This document shows, piece by piece, positions 57,263 through 64,000 of a DNA stretch of 64,000 nt. Made by a program: the position numbers and the translations under genes. Numbering within the stretch: position 1 is the stretch's first letter; each line of letters opens with the position of its first letter. The DNA lies in assembly GCA_964501945.1 (NCBI GenBank), contig CAZCTY010000001.1, positions 49,187 through 113,186 on the forward strand. The letters run 5' to 3'. This DNA is from an uncultured Methanosarcinales archaeon. GTDB taxonomy: Archaea > Nanobdellota > Nanobdellia > Woesearchaeales > 21-14-0-10-32-9. The notes under the pieces were generated by a model. The model saw only the letters and a list, made by a program, of their open reading frames with translations. It ran no database searches and had not been told where the DNA came from.

Positions 57263-58336
57263 TCAATTTTTATGATTATCAAAAGGCTCTAAGAAATTAC
57301 TAAGTTGTTGATTTACCATGATAAAAGTCGTACGCTTACTAAACTCACGCAGATTCCTCGCACCGATATAAGTTCCCGTACTACGAAGAGAACCAAGAAC
57401 TTCCTGAACGAAATTATTAACGTCGCCTTTGTAAGGCACCTCTGTAGTTCTACCTTCGCTCGCGCGATGCTCATCAACTTTTCCGTAGAATTTGTTCATA
57501 GCGGTTTTTGAGCTCATCCCGAAGTGTTCTTTGAATTTTTGACCATTCTTTTCAATCAAGTCTCCTCCGCTCTGCTCATAACCTGCAAACATAGAACCAA
57601 CCATGACAAAGTCAGCTCCACCACCAAAAGCCTTTGCAATACACGAAGGGCTGGTAATTCCTCCATCACTCATAATTCTCCCAGCGCCTTCTCCTTTGCT
57701 TATGCCGTGAGCAGCGTCTCCGCATTCTATTACTGCGCTTAGCTGAGGATAGCCAACACCTGTTTGTTTTCGCGTTAGACAAGCACTACCACTCCCAATA
57801 CCAATTTTTACTATGTCTGCCCCTTCTAATAATAATTGTTCTGTTATCTCATTTGTTACAACGTTACCAGCAATTATTATATGCTCAGGGCATAAGCTTC
57901 TGAGTTTTTTTACTGCGCCTGAAAATCTTTCTAAGTATCCGTTAGGAACATCTAAACAAAGAAAGCTAAAGTTATCTAACAATTTTTTTTCTTTCATAAA
58001 ATGTAATTTTTCAAAGTCCTCATCTCTAATACCTAAGGTGTATGCTACATAATCAGGATTGTTAAATTCTTGAAAGAATTTTTCAAATTCTTCAACGGAG
58101 TAAAATTTATGAAAAGCAGTAATCATTTTGTGTTTGCTTAACGCATGCGCCATGCCAAACGTTCCTGAAGTTGCCATGTTCGCCGTGATTATAGGAATAC
58201 CGGTCCAAGTCTTAGGCGAGTGTAAGAATTTAAATGTACGCTCTAAAACAACATCTTTTCTAGATGTTAGGGTGCTTCGCTTCGGCCTTATTAATACGTT
58301 CGAAAAATCTAACTTGGGTTCATGATCTATTCTCAT
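57263..58336 (-). CDS. guaC: GMP reductase
   Basis: MRID...KLDF.NVLIRPKRSTLTSR start, DVPNGY, KIGIGSGSACLTR, RASEG, LRSTGTYIGA; no CBS domains. Confidence 0.93.
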   Translation of the reverse strand: MRIDHEPKLDFSNVLIRPKRSTLTSRKDVVLERTFKFLHSPKTWTGIPIITANMATSGTFGMAHALSKHKMITAFHKFYSVEEFEKFFQEFNNPDYVAYTLGIRDEDFEKLHFMKEKKLLDNFSFLCLDVPNGYLERFSGAVKKLRSLCPEHIIIAGNVVTNEITEQLLLEGADIVKIGIGSGSACLTRKQTGVGYPQLSAVIECGDAAHGISKGEGAGRIMSDGGITSPSCIAKAFGGGADFVMVGSMFAGYEQSGGDLIEKNGQKFKEHFGMSSKTAMNKFYGKVDEHRASEGRTTEVPYKGDVNNFVQEVLGSLRSTGTYIGARNLREFSKRTTFIMVNQQLSNFLEPFDNHKN

Positions 58337-58471
58337 AAAAATATAAGAATTTTAAGAAGTATATTAAAGTTTCTCAAAAACAAGAAAATTTGTCACCATT
58401 AATAAATAGAAAATTTTATATAGGTGATAGGTTTTAACAAAAATAATAGCTAAAATCAGGGAAAAATTACT

Positions 58472-58969
58472 ATGCAAAATGAAGATTCTATACAAGACCA
58501 ACAATTATTCCACTTAATTAAAAATATAGCAAATAGAACTGAAAACGGGGTAGAAACAAACCTAATAGTGGGATATAGCTTGTTTAAAGCACTATCAAGA
58601 TATGAACCAGAATCACAAAATATATCACCAGAACAAGCAAAATTCGATGAAATAAAACAAGTTTACAGAGAACTAAAACAAAATCTACAATACTGCATAA
58701 AACACGGAGGACAAAAAACATTTTTGAACCTTATTCCAACAGAAGGAGTCATGCGAGAGTATGCAACAGAACAAATGAAACCGAGAAGCAAATTACTAGA
58801 ACAAATAGTTAGAACAAACTCTTTTCAACGAGCAGAGAAAAACTTCGGAGACTACGTAGAGACAAAAGCAGACAAATTACAAGAAATAGTTTTAGATAGA
58901 GGAGAGTTTAAAGGAAATAAGAATACACTCACAAACGATTATGAGGCAGTTTTAAAATCATTTTTATAA
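58472..58969 (+). CDS. Hypothetical protein
   Basis: 165-aa ORF with plus-strand codon style, upstream TATA-like box, co-oriented with the PhoH gene. Confidence 0.6.
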   Translation: MQNEDSIQDQQLFHLIKNIANRTENGVETNLIVGYSLFKALSRYEPESQNISPEQAKFDEIKQVYRELKQNLQYCIKHGGQKTFLNLIPTEGVMREYATEQMKPRSKLLEQIVRTNSFQRAEKNFGDYVETKADKLQEIVLDRGEFKGNKNTLTNDYEAVLKSFL

Positions 58970-58996
58970 AAAAACAGTTTTTTTGAGGGGGAAGTA

Positions 58997-60613
58997 ATGA
59001 CTAATGCAAACCAATACCACAATATATATGTGCCTTTAGCAGACGTAATAGATTTATCAGGACCAGGAGTCTTAAAAGAGTTCGAACCTAAAGCAGAAGA
59101 TGAAAAAAACTTAATTGTTTTACATGAAGGGATGAAAAAAGAGCTTACAAGATTAAAAAATAGAGGCTCAGTCGCCGCAAGAGATTTTCTAAGAGAAATG
59201 CAACAATCAACAGATAAAATAAGTTGGAATGAATCAAAACCAGATGACTATGTAATACATAATATTTCAAGCAAATTAGATGTTGCCTTTTTGAAAGGAG
59301 AGATAAGAAATGAAGCCGAATTTAAAGGACTTGAAGATAGAATAAAAAAAACATGGTCAGCAACAGATTTAGATGAAAAAAATCCATATACAAAACCAAT
59401 ATTTATCACAACGAAAGATGAAGATGTAATAGATTTAAAACACCAAAAAATAATATCACAAAAACCAGACTTTTTAATAGTGGATTCAGATGTAGTAAAA
59501 AAAGGAGTTGTAACAGCGACGTCTTCAAAATTCATACAAAGAATCTTCTCTGACCCGAATAATACTATGAGCTTAGATGAGGCAATAGACTTAATAAGAC
59601 CGCAAGGAGATGTATTATACCCGAATCAATTCATAAGAATAAGGGGGGGAGGCGAGGAACAATACGCAAAAGTAGCATGCGATTTAATAAAATCACCATC
59701 AGGAAAAATAATAGGATATGAAAATGCACGAGTCGAACTTTTTGGAAAAAAAGAATACGGAAAAGAAATTAAAATAGGAGAGCGTAGAAGAACGCCAGAC
59801 ATTTTAGGAATCACGCCACAAGACATGGAACAATACATAGCATTCCAACACATGTTCTACAACCAAGACGTAGAAGTAGTATTTTTAACAGGATACGCAG
59901 GCTCAGGAAAAACATTACTATCATATGCGGCAGCAATAGACCACGTACTACAATACGATAAAGAAGTAGCTAAATTAAGAGGTAGTGGACTAGACAAATA
60001 TGGAAAAGAGAGAAGAAGCTTTTTTGATAAAGCACTACTAATAAAACCAGACGACTTCGTCGGAGGCAGAAACCCAGGATGGCTACCAGGAGATTTGTTT
60101 AAAAAATTAAAAGATCACTTCAAACCATTTCTACACGCACATGAAGAGACAGTTTTAGATGAGACTATGAGATTTGATGATTTATTTGCACACCCAAAAA
60201 GAGGCAACGATTATTTTGAAAAACCAAGAGAGGAGGGTGTGAGTAGAGCAAAAATAAATGGCGAGGCATATTTACCTTCAAAAAATGAAGCATTAGTACC
60301 AATACACATAGGACATATAAGAGGAGCATCAATGAAACACTTAATAGTAGTTGATGAACCATCAAATCTAACACCCTACGAGATGAAAACACTCATGGAG
60401 AGAGCAGCACCAGGCTCTAGAATATTCATATCAGGAGACCCAAAACAAGTAGATAACCCGAGATGCACAACGGATATAAATGGATTAACACACGCAGTAA
60501 AACACTACCTGCCATCACCAATCTCAGCAGTACTACACCTAACAAGAAATTACAGATCAGCAGCCGCAGAACACGCTAGAACGTGGAACGTGTACCAAGA
60601 CTCACACCAATAA
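58997..60613 (+). CDS. PhoH-family ATPase with degenerate N-terminal PIN-like domain (PhoH2/YlaK-like)
   Basis: GYAGSGKT, GWLPGDL..KL, IRGAS, VVDEPSNLT, SGDPKQVD, NGL, RS..AE. Confidence 0.87.
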   Translation: MTNANQYHNIYVPLADVIDLSGPGVLKEFEPKAEDEKNLIVLHEGMKKELTRLKNRGSVAARDFLREMQQSTDKISWNESKPDDYVIHNISSKLDVAFLKGEIRNEAEFKGLEDRIKKTWSATDLDEKNPYTKPIFITTKDEDVIDLKHQKIISQKPDFLIVDSDVVKKGVVTATSSKFIQRIFSDPNNTMSLDEAIDLIRPQGDVLYPNQFIRIRGGGEEQYAKVACDLIKSPSGKIIGYENARVELFGKKEYGKEIKIGERRRTPDILGITPQDMEQYIAFQHMFYNQDVEVVFLTGYAGSGKTLLSYAAAIDHVLQYDKEVAKLRGSGLDKYGKERRSFFDKALLIKPDDFVGGRNPGWLPGDLFKKLKDHFKPFLHAHEETVLDETMRFDDLFAHPKRGNDYFEKPREEGVSRAKINGEAYLPSKNEALVPIHIGHIRGASMKHLIVVDEPSNLTPYEMKTLMERAAPGSRIFISGDPKQVDNPRCTTDINGLTHAVKHYLPSPISAVLHLTRNYRSAAAEHARTWNVYQDSHQ

Positions 60614-61222
60614 AAGAAATAAATAAGCCAAACCAAAATATAAGGCTTCAAGAAAAATAGATAAGAAACTAGACATAATAAAAATAGCAAAAAGCATAGG
60701 ATATACTTCTCGCCAAGTCAAACTATAAATAGATGTTAATAACAAATACAAAAAGATAGATGTAATAATAGCATCAACTAAGAAAATAGGCGTACCTGCA
60801 AAAACAAGAAAAGCACTCAAAAAAAAGCCCACAATTAAACTTTCTTTAAATGAGGAAACATCTTGCTTGATACGAGCCCTATAACCTCTAAGAAACCAAT
60901 GAAGAACGGACGCAATAAAAAAACTATAAAATAAGAATAAAACAAGGCTAGGAACAATAGAAACAAAACTCCCAGTATCAAATAAAAACCAATAAATAAC
61001 AAGAAAAATAAAAATACCGGTAGTGTACAAATAAAAGTATTTAGCAAAAAAAGACAAAACAAGATCAAAACCCTTAGACGAAAAACTCTTAGTTTCCTCT
61101 AAAGTCTCATCAATTAAAGATTCCTCAACACCAAGCTCTAAGAATTTACGCTTAATAAAATCATCATCAATTCTTTTTTTCCTCAAATCAATAATACTTC
61201 TGCGAAGCTCACCTTTTTTCAT
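60602..61222 (-). CDS. Polytopic membrane protein
   Basis: Short helical N-terminus followed by about five hydrophobic segments. Confidence 0.68.
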   Translation of the reverse strand: MKKGELRRSIIDLRKKRIDDDFIKRKFLELGVEESLIDETLEETKSFSSKGFDLVLSFFAKYFYLYTTGIFIFLVIYWFLFDTGSFVSIVPSLVLFLFYSFFIASVLHWFLRGYRARIKQDVSSFKESLIVGFFLSAFLVFAGTPIFLVDAIITSIFLYLLLTSIYSLTWREVYPMLFAIFIMSSFLSIFLEALYFGLAYLFLLLV

Positions 61223-61338
61223 AAAATAAAAATAAAAAGCCAGGCTTTAAATATTTTTATACTAAAGATAAAAATAAAAAAAGCTAAGAAAATCAAAAAA
61301 TTATATAAACAAAGAACAAAATATAAAAAAATAAGAAG

Positions 61339-62103
61339 ATGAAAATGAAAATAATAACGATAATAACACTATTACTTCTAGTAGCTCTAACAAGCTGCAC
61401 AACACAAGAACAAGTAACAATACCAGAAGAGAAACAAGTAAGACTCGATATAAACCTCGGATTTACACCGAATATAAACCCAGAGTTTAACGCATCAATG
61501 ACAACACCATCACCAAGCCTTTACGCATACAAAGAAAACGAAACCGAGAATATAATAGCGCACGACACAAGATTATACAAATTCAGCCATTACAAAATAG
61601 AACCAGAAAACGAAGAAAAATACGAAGTAACAAAGAATAATTACACATTAAACCTAACCCAAAATTACACGGTGACAGCATTTTTCGGATGCCAAATAAC
61701 ACAAGCATGCAATAAAGTGAGCATATGCGAAAATAATAAGTGCAAATCAATAATCGAACAAGAACCACAACCAAAAGCAACAATAACTAAACCAAACTCA
61801 ACAATACGAATAGATGAAACGCTCGCAACAAGAATAGATAATATACTAAAACAACTAAAATTTGAAAACATAGAGCACCAAACATTTGAAGAAATGACAA
61901 TAAATCAAACACACAACCAAACAACAATAGCAATATTCGAACAAGAAATAGCAATAATTAGAGGTAAAGACACAGACCTCGCCCAAGGCGTATTTGAAAG
62001 ATTAATAAAAGATACACTAATAGGTCAAGGAATAGATGAGGCACAAATAAAAAATATAAGAAGCAACCAATTAAGACGAGATTTATATGAAATATTTATA
62101 TAA
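61339..62103 (+). CDS. Putative lipoprotein
   Basis: Signal peptide with LTSC lipobox; Cys4 cluster mid-protein. Confidence 0.65.
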   Translation: MKMKIITIITLLLLVALTSCTTQEQVTIPEEKQVRLDINLGFTPNINPEFNASMTTPSPSLYAYKENETENIIAHDTRLYKFSHYKIEPENEEKYEVTKNNYTLNLTQNYTVTAFFGCQITQACNKVSICENNKCKSIIEQEPQPKATITKPNSTIRIDETLATRIDNILKQLKFENIEHQTFEEMTINQTHNQTTIAIFEQEIAIIRGKDTDLAQGVFERLIKDTLIGQGIDEAQIKNIRSNQLRRDLYEIFI

Positions 62104-62108
62104 AAAAA

Positions 62109-64000
62109 CTAATCATACTTCTTCTCAACAACATCATTAATCTTCTTAGCCTTCTTCTCACCAACTAAGTCAACCTTTCTCAAATCAGAAACATCGGCAT
62201 TAATAACGCTTTTAACAGAACCAAAACGCTTCAACAAATAAGGCGCAATCCTAGCACCAACACCAGGAAGACTAGAAACAATGAACTCTTGACGCTCCCT
62301 ATCAGATAACGGCTTTGAGGAATGATACTGAAAATCCTTAGACTCAGGATTTTGCTCCTTTTCCGCAATAAATAACAAATAAGAGGCAGTATCTTTAGGA
62401 TTTTTAGTAAAAATAATAGGAATCTTAAAAACAGACGTTAGAGTATAAACCATGCCACGAATAGCATTAGAATGAACACGACGCTGAGCATAAATGTCCT
62501 CAGAACCCTCAACGATAAATAAAGGCCTACTATACTGCTTCAAATCTTTCGCTTGAGAGAGCAAACGACCATCAACAATACTATCAACAAAATCCTTAAC
62601 AGTTTTAAACTCAACAACACAATCCTCACTTAGATGAAAATCACCCACCTGCAAACTCTCAAGCTCTAAACTAACACCCAAATTAAGCAAAGCCTTCATA
62701 ACAGCAGAACCCTTCTCACGATAATCAACCAATAAAGTCACGTTTTTACTATCAAAATCAACAAGAGACTTTTGAGGCGCACGATCCATAGACGAAACCT
62801 TACGCTTAATATTATCAAGAACACGATACATCCTCTTCTCCTTATGATGCGCAACCCACCTAGTATTCTCATCACGAGTATCCCTAGTTAAAAGAACAAC
62901 AACCCTACCAGCCTTATGACGCCCAGTCCTACCACGACGCTGAACAGTCCTAATAGCACTAGGAACAGGCTCATAGAAAATAACAAGATTAACCTCAGGA
63001 ATATCCAAACCTTCCTCACCAACACTGGTCGCAACCAAACAACTAAAACCATTATCACGAAACTTATCAATCATAGCCTTCTGATTCTTCTGAGAGAGCC
63101 CAGTATTATTCTTCTTAGCCTGACCAGTAAACAACTCACTTTTAACAAAACAAGAATCAAGCAACTCCTTAATTTTAACACCACTCTCCCTAAACTGAGT
63201 AAAAACAATAATTCTAGACGAAGGATTCTTTTCAAGCTCACCTAAAACCAAAGACTTAACAGAATCAATTTTAGGATGAGAATAATCCCTATCTTTAATC
63301 GCTTTTGCCGCGATTAAAGCAGAACGAAAATTAACATCACGAACCAAGTTCTTAACAGCACGAGTATTAGAAGATAAAGCTTGCTTTTCCAAACCCTCAA
63401 GATATGCAACCAACGGATGAATGCCCTGCGTTTCAACAAGATCTTGCGCGTGCTGAACCTTTAACGCCTCACTTAACAAACTAATAGTCTTTAAAACCTC
63501 AAAATTCTTCTCACCAACCGCGACCTTACCATGAAGCTCAGAGACCAATTTTAAAAGAGCAGTCTTAGAATAAGCAGACTTATCACTAATATAACCAAGA
63601 ACAGCAGCATCTTTTAATTTAGAATCAAAACATTTGTCGAGAAACATTTTAACACGCTTAAGCTCATCAGGCAAATCAACTTTTACATACTCAACATCCA
63701 AATCCTGAACATAAAGAGAAACATCAGGAGAATCAACAGAACGATACTCAACCTCCTCAATACCAAGATTACGACAAACATCAAGAATGGTCTCCTCATC
63801 ACTACCAGGACTCGCAGTTAAACCAAGAACACGAGGATTATTAGCAACCTCCAAATACTTTTTAGCAATAAAAACATAAGAATAATCCCCAACCGCGCGA
63901 TGAGCCTCATCAAAAACAATGAGGGACACGTCTTTTAAAGAGATACGATTACTAATAACATCATTCTCAAAACCCTGAGGAGTACTCACAAACAAATTAT
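62109..64000 (-). CDS. hef: Hef (FANCM-like) SF2 helicase-ERCC4 nuclease, 5'-truncated by window edge
   Basis: DEAH, LTASPG, TSVGEEGLDIP, QRRGRTGR; ERCC4 VDYRE...GDF...VEFK; C-terminal HhH pair. Confidence 0.94.
   Translation of the reverse strand, partial: NLFVSTPQGFENDVISNRISLKDVSLIVFDEAHRAVGDYSYVFIAKKYLEVANNPRVLGLTASPGSDEETILDVCRNLGIEEVEYRSVDSPDVSLYVQDLDVEYVKVDLPDELKRVKMFLDKCFDSKLKDAAVLGYISDKSAYSKTALLKLVSELHGKVAVGEKNFEVLKTISLLSEALKVQHAQDLVETQGIHPLVAYLEGLEKQALSSNTRAVKNLVRDVNFRSALIAAKAIKDRDYSHPKIDSVKSLVLGELEKNPSSRIIVFTQFRESGVKIKELLDSCFVKSELFTGQAKKNNTGLSQKNQKAMIDKFRDNGFSCLVATSVGEEGLDIPEVNLVIFYEPVPSAIRTVQRRGRTGRHKAGRVVVLLTRDTRDENTRWVAHHKEKRMYRVLDNIKRKVSSMDRAPQKSLVDFDSKNVTLLVDYREKGSAVMKALLNLGVSLELESLQVGDFHLSEDCVVEFKTVKDFVDSIVDGRLLSQAKDLKQYSRPLFIVEGSEDIYAQRRVHSNAIRGMVYTLTSVFKIPIIFTKNPKDTASYLLFIAEKEQNPESKDFQYHSSKPLSDRERQEFIVSSLPGVGARIAPYLLKRFGSVKSVINADVSDLRKVDLVGEKKAKKINDVVEKKYD

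Overview
AT-rich archaeal window. Archaeal uS2, Hef helicase-nuclease and BRE/TATA promoters support an archaeal origin; gene style suggests a DPANN, probably Woesearchaeota-like, lineage (inference). Ordinary genes sit at the ends: DEAD-box helicase, PAS histidine kinase and rps2 on the left; guaC, a PhoH-family ATPase and Hef on the right. Between them (~3-57 kb) is a cell-surface locus with several components. (i) Five paralogous ~240-260 aa secreted subunits ending in YYF(Y/F/W)xE[IL] and three proteins ending in W-x-L-x-x-P...C-x-G-x-x-x-F. Six of these form two duplicated three-gene cassettes. (ii) A ~33.7-kb minus-strand operon led by two ribbon-helix-helix genes and encoding three giant (1900-2470 aa) Ig-repeat proteins, two of which end in a domain resembling the small subunits. 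(iii) A membrane-anchored HerA/VirB4-like ATPase whose extracellular N-terminus also resembles the subunits. (iv) A Sec11/SipW-type peptidase on a coiled-coil stalk and a membrane-anchored Ig protein. (v) A DUF5752-like cytoplasmic module reused in five proteins. My reading, which is inference, is a previously undescribed non-type-IV pilus or adhesive filament system. I also found four small ORFs missing from the track, several operator-like arrays, a ~90-bp inverted repeat flanking a subunit+regulator cassette, and a candidate structured rps2 leader. No tRNA, rRNA, CRISPR array or transposase was recognised. All family assignments were made by eye from motifs; no searches were run.
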